Below are positions 30,065 to 39,511 of a stretch of 64,000 nucleotides of DNA, in pieces (positions within the stretch are counted from its first letter, which is position 1; every line of letters starts with the position of its first letter). The notes under the pieces are model-generated. The model did no database searches. It was given only the letters and a program-made list of their open reading frames with translations, and was not told the origin of the DNA. A program made the translations under genes and the position numbers. The stretch is from an uncultured Lentimicrobiaceae bacterium (GTDB taxonomy: Bacteria > Bacteroidota > Bacteroidia > Bacteroidales > JAGONC01), in the NCBI GenBank assembly GCA_964628285.1, contig CAZVNP010000008.1, positions 4,611 through 68,610 of the forward strand, in the 5' to 3' direction.

Positions 30065-30940
30065 ATGATTGTAGGACTTTTTGGCAAAACAATAGGCAGG
30101 GAAAATATACCGCTCGTACAGCAGCTTGTTGAAAAACTTGAAGCGGCCGGTATAGGGCTCTTTCTTTATGAACCCTTTTATAATGACATAAGGGACGAAA
30201 TACATTTGTCCCGCGACATGACCCTGTTCAATGAACACCAGGACATCAGAGACCGTTTGAATTTTCTTATTTCTGTAGGCGGCGATGGGTCCATGCTGGG
30301 CACTTTACCTTTGGTCCGTAACTCAGGCATACCTGTCCTGGGTGTCAATATAGGTAAAATGGGCTTCCTGTCAAGCGTTTCCAAAGAACATGTCCCACTG
30401 GCCGTGGATGCCTTAGTCAACGGCACCTACGTCCTGGAGCAAAGAACTATGATAAGGCTTGACAAACCCGCTCTTTTCGGCGATCTCAATTACGCTCTCA
30501 ATGAACTGTGTGTCTATAAAAAAGATCCTCATTCCATGATCGTGGTAAGTGCTTATATTGATGATTATTTTCTGAATTCATACTGGGCCGACGGCTTGAT
30601 CATTGCTACCCCAACCGGTTCAACAGCCTATTCACTGAGTTGCGGCGGCCCCATCATCGTGCCGGGATCGGAGAATTTTATTATAACCCCTATCGCAACA
30701 CACAATTTAACCGTCAGACCCATCGTTATCCCTGATAACCGTACCATCAGAATTAAAGTGGAAGGCAGTCAAAAAAATTTCTTTATCAGCCTTGATTCAC
30801 GCGTTAAAATAGCAGATTCCTCGATGGAATTTATAGTGATGAAAGAGGATTTTAAGATTAACCTGGTCAGGCTTGAAAATGAGAATTTTTACAAAACCAT
30901 CAGAGAAAAATTGAACTGGGGTATCGACATAAGGAATTAG
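30065..30940 (+). CDS. nadK: NAD kinase
   Basis: The SVGGDGSMLG (GGDG) motif, NELCV, ADGLIIATPTGSTAYSLSCGGPI. Start set at ATG 30065 (MIVGLFGK). Confidence 0.9.
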   Translation: MIVGLFGKTIGRENIPLVQQLVEKLEAAGIGLFLYEPFYNDIRDEIHLSRDMTLFNEHQDIRDRLNFLISVGGDGSMLGTLPLVRNSGIPVLGVNIGKMGFLSSVSKEHVPLAVDALVNGTYVLEQRTMIRLDKPALFGDLNYALNELCVYKKDPHSMIVVSAYIDDYFLNSYWADGLIIATPTGSTAYSLSCGGPIIVPGSENFIITPIATHNLTVRPIVIPDNRTIRIKVEGSQKNFFISLDSRVKIADSSMEFIVMKEDFKINLVRLENENFYKTIREKLNWGIDIRN

Positions 30941-31008
30941 TGTGAAGACGCTGTCTCATAAATAATAACCCTGAGTAAATAAATCGTATTTTTATCGCTT
31001 GGTTTTTT

Positions 31009-31809
31009 ATGAAAAAAATTCTTTTCGCTATACCTATAGTCATTCTGTGTATGACGGTTTATGGTCAGAGGGGTGAATTGGGAATTTTTGGCGGCGGTTC
31101 CTATTATATAGGAGATATTAACCCGGTTAAACATTTTTTAATGACCCGGCCGGCATATGGCGTATTCTATCGCTATAATTTTGATACCCGTTTTGCTATT
31201 CTCGGCAGTTATACGAGAGGTGAGCTCACCGCAGATGATGCCGTGGCAAAATTTATTCCCGAGCGAAAGCTCAGTTTCTCGTCGCCTGTAAATGATTTTA
31301 CCTTTCGTGCTGAATTTAATTTTCTCGATTTTTTTATCGGAAGCAAGAAGTCCTACTTCTCACCGTTTATTTTTGCCGGTATCACAGTCTTTCAATTTAA
31401 TCCCCGGTCAAATGGTGTGGCGCTTAAACCATTGCAAACAGAGGGTGTTCCTTATTCCACCATTGCATTTGCCCTGCCCTTTGGCATTGGTTTCAAATAC
31501 AGCGTCAGCGATAAGATCGGCATTGGCATTGAATGGGGCATGCGGAAAACGACCACCGATTACCTGGATGATGTGAGTACAACCTATCATTTTAAGGATC
31601 TGGCCCGGGTCAACAATGAATTTAATTATCAATCCGATCCCACGGGAACATATGATAATCTGGGTATTTACCGGCCAACATATGAACAGGGCATGCAACG
31701 TGGCAATTCACAAAATAAGGATTGGTATAATTTTACCGGGGCTTTTATCAGTTACAAGTTCAGCTTGTTCAGTCGTAAAAAATGCAAAAACCTGGAATTC
31801 TCAAACTAG
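31009..31809 (+). CDS. Outer-membrane beta-barrel protein (DUF6089-like)
   Basis: Signal peptide, GELGIFGGGSYYIGDINP at the N-terminus, and alternating aromatic beta-strand patterns. It sits in the conserved position upstream of uppS. Confidence 0.6.
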   Translation: MKKILFAIPIVILCMTVYGQRGELGIFGGGSYYIGDINPVKHFLMTRPAYGVFYRYNFDTRFAILGSYTRGELTADDAVAKFIPERKLSFSSPVNDFTFRAEFNFLDFFIGSKKSYFSPFIFAGITVFQFNPRSNGVALKPLQTEGVPYSTIAFALPFGIGFKYSVSDKIGIGIEWGMRKTTTDYLDDVSTTYHFKDLARVNNEFNYQSDPTGTYDNLGIYRPTYEQGMQRGNSQNKDWYNFTGAFISYKFSLFSRKKCKNLEFSN

Positions 31810-31839
31810 TTTGTTTCATTCCATTGATATTGCCGTATT

Positions 31840-32586
31840 TTGCAAATGAGTTTTAAAGACCATATCGATCTCAATAATTTGCCAAAGCATGTGGCCATTA
31901 TTATGGATGGTAACGGCAGGTGGGCCAAACAGAGAGGGAAACAGAGGATTTATGGCCACCGACACGGGGTCAAAGCGGTAAGAGCGACAGCAGAAGCCGC
32001 GGCAGAGCTGGGAATCAGGTATCTGACTTTGTATGCCTTTTCAACGGAAAACTGGAAGAGACCTAAAAATGAAGTGGATGCTTTGATGCGCTTGTTATTG
32101 GGGACAATAGGAAAGGAAACCCCAACGCTCATGAAAAATGATATCCGCCTCGATGCTATTGGTGATCTCGGTAGCCTCGATAAAAGTCTTTATTCGGAAC
32201 TGATGACGGCTATTAAAAAAACATCCGGCAATAAACGGATGACCCTCATTCTTGCTCTTAGTTACAGCGCCCGCATGGAAATAGTGGAAGCAGCAAAAAA
32301 AATTGCCACAAAAGTGCTTAATAAGGAATTGTCAGTGGATAATATTGACAGTGATATATTTAAAACCTATCTGACCACAGCATCTTTTCCCGAACCCGAA
32401 TTACTGATCCGTACCAGCGGCGAATTCCGCCTGAGCAATTTCCTGCTCTGGCAATTGGCTTATTCAGAGTTGTATTTCACCTCCAAAATGTGGCCTGACT
32501 TTGGAAAAGAGGATTTTTACGAGGCCATTGTTGACTATCAACACCGTGAAAGAAGATTTGGAATGACCAGTGAACAAATTAATTGA
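31840..32586 (+). CDS. uppS: Isoprenyl transferase (undecaprenyl-diphosphate synthase)
   Basis: HVAIIMDGNGRWA, LTLYAFSTENWKRP, RTSGEFRLSNFLLWQLAYSE. Confidence 0.93.
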   Translation: MQMSFKDHIDLNNLPKHVAIIMDGNGRWAKQRGKQRIYGHRHGVKAVRATAEAAAELGIRYLTLYAFSTENWKRPKNEVDALMRLLLGTIGKETPTLMKNDIRLDAIGDLGSLDKSLYSELMTAIKKTSGNKRMTLILALSYSARMEIVEAAKKIATKVLNKELSVDNIDSDIFKTYLTTASFPEPELLIRTSGEFRLSNFLLWQLAYSELYFTSKMWPDFGKEDFYEAIVDYQHRERRFGMTSEQIN

Positions 32587-35217
32587 ATGGGAATGACACG
32601 CCGGTATATTGCTTTGTTTCTTATCCTCCTGGTTTACATTCCGTCTTACTCACAGATATCCGTCGGAAATGAACTCCTTGAAATGGATTATTCCAGACCA
32701 CAAACATATGAAATCGGCGGCATCACGGTCACCGGATTACAATATATGGACAGCAATATCCTCATTATGCTCTCCGGTTTATCGGTCGGCGATAAGATCA
32801 CGGTGCCGGGTGATGCCATCACCGATGCCATTAAGAACCTCTGGAACCAGGGTCTGCTTGAGGATATTAAAATAACGGCCCCTAAAATCGAAGGTGATGT
32901 CATTTTCCTCAATATATCCCTCGTCGAGCGTCCGCGTATGTCGAAATATGCCTTTACCGGAATAAAAAAAACTGAAGCCGACAACCTGAAGGATGAGATC
33001 AAGATCATGTCGGGTGATGTGGTGACCGATAACTTCCTTATCAGAACCACCAACCGGATCAGGAAATATTTCGTTGATAAAGGATACCTCAATGTCCAGG
33101 TCAACGCCACTCAGGAGAAAGATACCTCACGAACCAACGAGGTCATCGTGAACTTTGACATCGATAAGGGTGGAAAGGTCAAGATTAATCATATCAATAT
33201 CAAGGGTAATTCCAACCTTAGCGCGGACCAGATCAAGAGGGCATTCAAGGATACTAAAGAAAAGAGTTACATCATGCCCTTGAATTATCTCGATACCCTG
33301 ATACTTTCTACTTTAAAGGCAGCCACGAGTTTTGACATGCTGGATGTGGTGAACAATGTCGGAAAATATTTTGCCGATAACATGCGCCTCAGGATCTTTA
33401 AGAACTCCAGGTATATCGAATCAAAATACAAGGAAGACAAAGCCAAACTGATAAAAAAATACAATGAACTTGGTTACAGGGACGCTCAGATTGTCAGTGA
33501 TTCAATATACAGGAATAGCGATAACGCCCTGAATATCGATATCACCCTGAACGAAGGACCCAAATATTATTTTGGTAACATCACCTGGGTTGGTAATACA
33601 AAATATACGGCAGAACAGTTGAATTCCATTCTTAAGATAAAGAAGGGGGATGTCTATAATCAGGATCTCCTTAATACCAATTTGACTTTCAATCCCAACG
33701 GGATGGATGTCAGCTCACTTTATCTTGATGACGGTTATTTGTTCTTCAATATTGACCCCGTGGAGGTGAAGGTGGAGAATGACTCCATTGATGTTGAAAT
33801 GCGTATTTTTGAGGGCAAGCAGGCTACCATCAACAAGGTAACGGTCAAGGGAAACACACGCACCAACGATCACGTCATCATCCGTGAGATACGGTCACAA
33901 CCCGGTCAGTTGTTTAACCGCTCCGATATCATCAGGACCACACGTGAGCTGGCACAATTGCAATATTTCAATCAGGAAAAGATCAATCCCGTGCCCATTC
34001 CAAATCCTGCTGAAGGAACGGTAGATATTGAATACGATGTGGAGGAGACATCTTCCGACCAGATTGAGCTGTCGGGAGGGTGGGGCTATGGCCGTGTGAT
34101 CGGGACCCTGGGCGTATCTTTCAACAATTTTTCAGCACGTAATTTATTCAATAGTAAAGCATGGCGGCCTGTACCTTCCGGCGACGGACAAAGGTTATCA
34201 GTCAGATTGCAATCCTATGGTAAAGGATATATCAGCTATAACGCCTCCTTTACCGAACCCTGGCTGGGGGGAAGGAAACCCAACTCATTTACCGTGTCGG
34301 TTTATCATTCCCTCTATTCCAACGGACTGTCGAAAAATGACCCGGAACGTCAGTCCTTCACACTCAACGGATTGTCATTCATCCTGGGGAAACGTTTAAC
34401 ATGGCCTGACGATTTCTTCTCTCTCATTCAGAGCATTAACCTGCAGCGTTACGATCTGAAGAATTATACCAGTGTTTTTTCTTTTGGGACCGGCACAGGA
34501 ACATACAACAGTCTCACCTATGCCATCACCCTGACGAGAAACTCGATTGATGCGCCCATCTATCCACGTACCGGCTCAGAAGTGTCATTATCGCTTAGCG
34601 TCACACCGCCTTATTCTCTTTTTACCAATAAGAACTATGCATCCCTGCCTGAAGATGAGAGATTTAAATGGGTCGAATACCATAAATGGTACTTCCAGGC
34701 CTTCTTTTATAAGCCCATCTATCAGAATCTGGTGTTGTCACTGAGATTTAAATATGGTTTTATGGGATGTTACAATAAAAGCATCGGCGTCACACCCTTT
34801 GAAAGGTACTATCTTGGCGGTGACGGCCTGTCGGGATATAATAATATGGATGGAAGGGAGATCATCGGTTTCAGAGGCTATACCAATGAGTCGCTGACAC
34901 CCGATTACTATTTGAACCAGAACATCGGGGGAACCATATACAATAAGAACACTCTTGAACTCAGGTATCCGGTATCGCTAAATCCCAGCTCTACCATTTA
35001 TTTTCTGGCATTCCTCGAAGCTGGTAACGACTGGACCGATTTTAAGTCGTTCAATCCGTTTAAAATATACCGTTCGGCCGGCATCGGCATCAGGGTCTAT
35101 CTCCCCATGTTTGGCTTGCTCGGATTGGATTGGGGTTACGGTTTTGATGCTGTCCCCGGCCTGCCCTCAGCCAGCGGAAGCCAGTTCCACTTTTCCATTA
35201 ACCAATCCATTGATTGA
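32587..35217 (+). CDS. bamA: Outer-membrane protein assembly factor BamA
   Basis: 876 aa with a signal peptide, five POTRA-like repeats (e.g. INKVTVKGNTRTNDHVIIREI), and a C-terminal Omp85 barrel ending ...FHFSINQSID. Confidence 0.93.
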   Translation: MGMTRRYIALFLILLVYIPSYSQISVGNELLEMDYSRPQTYEIGGITVTGLQYMDSNILIMLSGLSVGDKITVPGDAITDAIKNLWNQGLLEDIKITAPKIEGDVIFLNISLVERPRMSKYAFTGIKKTEADNLKDEIKIMSGDVVTDNFLIRTTNRIRKYFVDKGYLNVQVNATQEKDTSRTNEVIVNFDIDKGGKVKINHINIKGNSNLSADQIKRAFKDTKEKSYIMPLNYLDTLILSTLKAATSFDMLDVVNNVGKYFADNMRLRIFKNSRYIESKYKEDKAKLIKKYNELGYRDAQIVSDSIYRNSDNALNIDITLNEGPKYYFGNITWVGNTKYTAEQLNSILKIKKGDVYNQDLLNTNLTFNPNGMDVSSLYLDDGYLFFNIDPVEVKVENDSIDVEMRIFEGKQATINKVTVKGNTRTNDHVIIREIRSQPGQLFNRSDIIRTTRELAQLQYFNQEKINPVPIPNPAEGTVDIEYDVEETSSDQIELSGGWGYGRVIGTLGVSFNNFSARNLFNSKAWRPVPSGDGQRLSVRLQSYGKGYISYNASFTEPWLGGRKPNSFTVSVYHSLYSNGLSKNDPERQSFTLNGLSFILGKRLTWPDDFFSLIQSINLQRYDLKNYTSVFSFGTGTGTYNSLTYAITLTRNSIDAPIYPRTGSEVSLSLSVTPPYSLFTNKNYASLPEDERFKWVEYHKWYFQAFFYKPIYQNLVLSLRFKYGFMGCYNKSIGVTPFERYYLGGDGLSGYNNMDGREIIGFRGYTNESLTPDYYLNQNIGGTIYNKNTLELRYPVSLNPSSTIYFLAFLEAGNDWTDFKSFNPFKIYRSAGIGIRVYLPMFGLLGLDWGYGFDAVPGLPSASGSQFHFSINQSID

Positions 35218-35288
35218 TATTGGAATGATATTTGAAAGAACCTTGCACCATAAAACCACGTGACCACTAACCTTTTAATTCTATCAAA

Positions 35289-35828
35289 ATGAAAAGATCA
35301 ATATTAATTCTGGCCTTCGTTTCCATGATGGGATTGTTTTCCTATGCCCAGAAATATGCGTATGTCGATACTGATTACATCCTTGAAAACATTCCGGAAT
35401 ATAATGATGCCCAGTCGGAGCTAAACGACTTGGCCAATCAATGGCAGAAAGAGATTGAGGCCAAATATGCCGAGATTGACCAGATGTACAAATCCTATCA
35501 GGCTGAAGCCGTTTTATTGCCTGAAGACATGAAGAAAAAACGTGAAGATGAGATCGTGAAAAAGGAACAGGAGGCAAAGGAATTACAGAATCAACGCTTT
35601 GGGAAAGACGGTGACCTGTTTAAAAAACGTGAGGAGTTGATCAAGCCTTTGCAGGAAAAGATCTATAATGCTGTGGAAGAGATCGCCACCGACGGGAATT
35701 ATGCCATTATTTTCGATAAAGCTGGCAGCCTCACTATGTTATATACTAACTCGAAGTATGATTTGAGTGACGAGGTACTCGATAAATTAGGCTATTCCTA
35801 TAAATCAAACCAGGAAGAAAATAAGTAA
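35289..35828 (+). CDS. OmpH/Skp periplasmic chaperone
   Basis: Signal peptide, KYAYVDTDYILENIPEY, and a coiled-coil K/E/Q-rich core. Located downstream of bamA. Confidence 0.8.
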   Translation: MKRSILILAFVSMMGLFSYAQKYAYVDTDYILENIPEYNDAQSELNDLANQWQKEIEAKYAEIDQMYKSYQAEAVLLPEDMKKKREDEIVKKEQEAKELQNQRFGKDGDLFKKREELIKPLQEKIYNAVEEIATDGNYAIIFDKAGSLTMLYTNSKYDLSDEVLDKLGYSYKSNQEENK

Positions 35829-35881
35829 GAAAAACACCCGGGCAGGTGATTTTTATGTTTTTCAATCAAAAAATATTTTCT

Positions 35882-35889
35882 TACATTTG
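35882..35889 (+). promoter_or_regulatory. -7 box TACATTTG upstream of the second skp paralog
   Basis: Exact TAnnTTTG, 33 nt upstream of ATG 35922. Confidence 0.45.
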
Positions 35890-35921
35890 CGCCTTCATTT
35901 TCAAATAATTAATCCGGCCAT

Positions 35922-36431
35922 ATGAAAAATCTCGCTAAATTTTTTGTTGTTATTTTGGTTCTGACAACTACGGCATTGAATGCCCAAAACCAGGAAAAAT
36001 TCGGGCATATCGATTTTGGTTTGCTATATAGCATGATGCCGGGTCTTGACTCGGTAAAGGCCAAATATGACCAATACGCCAAAACCTTGCAGAATCAGTT
36101 TGATGCCATGCAAAACGAACTGCAGAGTAAAGTGATGGATTACCAGTCGAACCAGGCCACCATGTCGGCCATTATCAAACAAACCAAGGAGAAGGAAATC
36201 CAGGATCTTCAGGCCAGGATCGATGCTTTTCAGAATTCGGCGCAGCAAGACCTGCAGGACAAAGAAACAGAGCTTTCACAGCCGTTGATTGACAAGGCTC
36301 GGGAAGCCGTTAAACAGGTGGCTAAAGAAAATGGTTATACTTATATTCTGAACACCTCGGGCGGAATGGTCATTTATGCCGATCCGGGCGATGACATCAT
36401 GGACCTTGTCAAGAAAAAACTCGGGATATGA
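35922..36431 (+). CDS. OmpH/Skp periplasmic chaperone (second tandem copy)
   Basis: Signal peptide, KFGHIDFGLLYSMMPG, a Q-rich coiled coil, and YTYILNTSGG at the C-terminal core. Confidence 0.8.
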   Translation: MKNLAKFFVVILVLTTTALNAQNQEKFGHIDFGLLYSMMPGLDSVKAKYDQYAKTLQNQFDAMQNELQSKVMDYQSNQATMSAIIKQTKEKEIQDLQARIDAFQNSAQQDLQDKETELSQPLIDKAREAVKQVAKENGYTYILNTSGGMVIYADPGDDIMDLVKKKLGI

Positions 36432-36492
36432 GCCCTCATATGCATTACCAAGCTATGCTTTCTGCCGCGGCTTGCTTACTGTATCCTGACAT

Positions 36493-38097
36493 TCAGGCGA
36501 TAGGGGTATCCATTTTACCTTCCGGAACATTTGAGATGACCCTGGGGTAATCAATGGAATAATGTAATCCCCTGCTTTCCTTTCTCTCTTCTGCCATCTT
36601 GATAACCAGATAAGCGACATTGATCATATTCCGTAATTCGCAGATTCTGACTGTCAGCAAAGAACGTTGATACAACTCTTCCGTCTCCCTGAATAAAATC
36701 TCCAGACGGTCCAGCGCTCTCTTCAGCCTGATATTCGATCTGACAATGCCCACATAATGACTCATAATGGATTGCAGCTCCTTAAGGCTTTGTGTTATTA
36801 GTATCATCTCTTCATTCAGAACGGCACCCTTGTCATTCCAGTCGGGAATATCCTCCTTGATGACGTTATCCCTGAATGTTTTAGCTGCATTAATGCTGGC
36901 GCGGTGTGAGAATACAAGTGACTCGAGCAGGGAGTTGGAAGCCAGACGGTTGGCGCCATGCAGCCCTGTCGAAGCACATTCCCCCGAAGCATACAGAAAC
37001 CGGATTGACGTCTGTCCCCATTCATTCACTTTGATGCCGCCACAGATGTAATGTGCTGCCGGAATAACAGGGATCATCTCTTTGGTCATATCAACTCCGA
37101 TGCTGAGACATTTGGCATAGATGGAAGGAAAATGCCTGATCAGCTCATTTTTATCCAGATTCCTGCAATCGAGGCAAACATAATCGTCACCGGTGAGCTT
37201 CATCACATTATCGATGGCCCTGGCCACCACGTCTCGGGGTGCCAGTGAACCCCTGTCATCATACTTCTCCATGAATTCTTCCCCGTCCCTCGTCTTAAGA
37301 ACAGCCCCAAAACCACGCAGGGCCTCGGTGATCAGAAAAGCAGGTTTCTCACCCGGATTATACAGGGCGGTGGGATGAAACTGAATGAACTCCATCTTGT
37401 CGATCACTCCTTTTGCACGATATACCATGGCTATACCGTCACCCGTGGCGATATCGGGATTGGTCGTGGTCATGTAGATATTACCGATACCTCCCGAGGC
37501 TATCATGGTGGTGCGGGCCAGAATGGTGAAGATCTTTTTGCTTGTTTTATCCAGCACATAGGCACCGTAACAAACAATATTCTTGCTTTGTCGTGTCACC
37601 TTCACCCCAAGATGATGTTGGGTGATGATATCAATGGTGAAATGATTTTCAAGTATCTCTATGCTGGGGTGTTTCCTGATCTGTGACAACAGACTCTTCT
37701 CAATTTCTTCACCTGTCTGATCTTTATGATGCAGTACCCGGTGTTCAGAGTGCCCTCCTTCCATGGCAAGATCATAACGCCCTGACTCTTCCTTATCGAA
37801 CGATACACCCCATTCAATTAGTTCCTTCACTCTCTCGGTTGATTCAGTGATGGTCATCCGTACTATTTTCTCATCGCACAGTCCATCCCCGGCAATAATG
37901 GTGTCCTTGATATGTTTCTCGTAGGTGTCGGGGGTATACATCACAGCGGCTATCCCGCCCTGGGCGTAACGTGTGGCGGTCTCATCCGCACGTGTCTTGG
38001 TGACAATGCATACATGGCCATGGTCGGCAACCTTCAGTGCGTAACTCAGTCCTGCTATACCTGATCCAATGACTAAAAAATCGCATAATTTATTCAT
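36493..38097 (-). CDS. nadB: L-aspartate oxidase
   Basis: DFLVIGSGIAGLS FAD fold, YAQGGIAA, HPTAL, GLHGANRLASNSLLE. Start moved to ATG 38097 (MNKLCDFLVIGSG). Confidence 0.92.
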   Translation of the reverse strand: MNKLCDFLVIGSGIAGLSYALKVADHGHVCIVTKTRADETATRYAQGGIAAVMYTPDTYEKHIKDTIIAGDGLCDEKIVRMTITESTERVKELIEWGVSFDKEESGRYDLAMEGGHSEHRVLHHKDQTGEEIEKSLLSQIRKHPSIEILENHFTIDIITQHHLGVKVTRQSKNIVCYGAYVLDKTSKKIFTILARTTMIASGGIGNIYMTTTNPDIATGDGIAMVYRAKGVIDKMEFIQFHPTALYNPGEKPAFLITEALRGFGAVLKTRDGEEFMEKYDDRGSLAPRDVVARAIDNVMKLTGDDYVCLDCRNLDKNELIRHFPSIYAKCLSIGVDMTKEMIPVIPAAHYICGGIKVNEWGQTSIRFLYASGECASTGLHGANRLASNSLLESLVFSHRASINAAKTFRDNVIKEDIPDWNDKGAVLNEEMILITQSLKELQSIMSHYVGIVRSNIRLKRALDRLEILFRETEELYQRSLLTVRICELRNMINVAYLVIKMAEERKESRGLHYSIDYPRVISNVPEGKMDTPIA

Positions 38098-38164
38098 CTT
38101 CTGACAGCATTTTATTAAATGTGGCGCCATATCGCGCCATATTAAGTTATGATGATGGCTCCCG

Positions 38165-39511
38165 TCAAATGTTTAACAGGAGTTTAATCGGGTCATTGCC
38201 TCCGAAAAGCAACTCGAGGGGATTCTCAAGCATCTCCTTGACTGCATAAAGAAAACTTACCGATTCACGGCCGTCGATCAGGCGGTGATCATAAGATAAC
38301 GCAACATACATCACCGGATGAATCTCTACTTTCCCGTTGATGGCAACGGGTCGTTCCACGATGTTGTGCATGCCGAGGATAGCGCTCTGGGGAGGATTCA
38401 GGATAGGCGTCGACAGCATGGAGCCGAAGACACCCCCGTTGGTGATAGTAAAAGTCCCGCCACTCATTTCATCCAGAGTGATCTTGTTGTCGCGCGCCTT
38501 ATCGGCAAGCTCTTTTATCCGTTGTTCTATTTCGGCAAATCCCAGTCCCTCGGCATTTCTTATTACCGGTACCATAAGACCTTTTGGTGTGCTCACGGCT
38601 ATACCTATGTCGATGTATTTGTGGTATACAATATAATCCTGGTCAATGCCCGCATTGACAATGGGAAAACGTGTTAATGCATCAACCACGGCTTTGGTGA
38701 AGAATGACATCAGACCCAGTGATACACCGTATCTCTCCTGAAAAGCTTCTTTATATTGCTTTCTGATGTGCATAACCTCCTTCATGTCAACTTCGTTGAA
38801 AGTCGTCAGCATGGCTGTTTCATTTTTCACGGCCACCAGTCGTTCCGAAAGTTTGAGACGTAGAGTTGACATTTTTCTGAGTTCCACCTCCCGATCTCCT
38901 GAAATACCAGGTTCTTCACGATCCATAGCTGTAGTAGTCTTTTCCGACGCCATGGCTTGTATATCCTTACGCGAGATCCTCAGGCTGCCGTAATGTTCAA
39001 GGATTTCCTTTTGAGTTATGGATTTGTCTTCCATCTCCTTACGGGCCAGTGGGGAAATCCTGATATTTCTTTCTGATCCTGTTTTCTCTGTTTTCTGATG
39101 CTCCGTAAGTGAAACATTGGCAGTAGAATGCTTTGGCGTGATATCTTGTGTTTCCGGTTGGGTCATGAAGGGTGCCCCGGGTGAGGGCTGTGGAGGAATT
39201 TCAGTGGCGCGGCCCTTGGACGGCTGATCTTTGCTTGTAAAAGAAACCGGTTTGGATGCAGCCGTTTTTTTCACGGCTTCAGTGTCAATGGTACCGATGA
39301 CGGCTCCTACCTCCAGGCTCTCACCTTCAGGGACAACTATTTTTACGGTTCCGCTTTCTTCAGCTGTAATACTTAACGTGGCCTTATCGGAGTCGATCTC
39401 AGCTATCTCATCATCTTTGTCAACATAATCACCGTCTTTCACGAGCCAGGAGGCTAACTGAACCTGAGTGATGGATTCACCAGGACTTGGAATTTTGATT
39501 TCGATGATCAT
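38165..39511 (-). CDS. sucB: 2-oxoglutarate dehydrogenase E2 (dihydrolipoyllysine-residue succinyltransferase)
   Basis: Lipoyl domain ([11 protein letters not shown]), a subunit-binding segment (ISPLARKEM...), and a catalytic domain with the SYDHRLIDG motif. Its start overlaps the sucA stop (ATGA). Confidence 0.92.
   Translation of the reverse strand: MIIEIKIPSPGESITQVQLASWLVKDGDYVDKDDEIAEIDSDKATLSITAEESGTVKIVVPEGESLEVGAVIGTIDTEAVKKTAASKPVSFTSKDQPSKGRATEIPPQPSPGAPFMTQPETQDITPKHSTANVSLTEHQKTEKTGSERNIRISPLARKEMEDKSITQKEILEHYGSLRISRKDIQAMASEKTTTAMDREEPGISGDREVELRKMSTLRLKLSERLVAVKNETAMLTTFNEVDMKEVMHIRKQYKEAFQERYGVSLGLMSFFTKAVVDALTRFPIVNAGIDQDYIVYHKYIDIGIAVSTPKGLMVPVIRNAEGLGFAEIEQRIKELADKARDNKITLDEMSGGTFTITNGGVFGSMLSTPILNPPQSAILGMHNIVERPVAINGKVEIHPVMYVALSYDHRLIDGRESVSFLYAVKEMLENPLELLFGGNDPIKLLLNI

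Noticed and set aside
15004-36431. Three OmpH/Skp-family genes (15004-15639, 35289-35828, 35922-36431) as an unusual expansion.
   Set aside because: Tandem skp paralogs after bamA, plus an additional anchored OmpH-like protein, are the normal Bacteroidota arrangement as far as I know.
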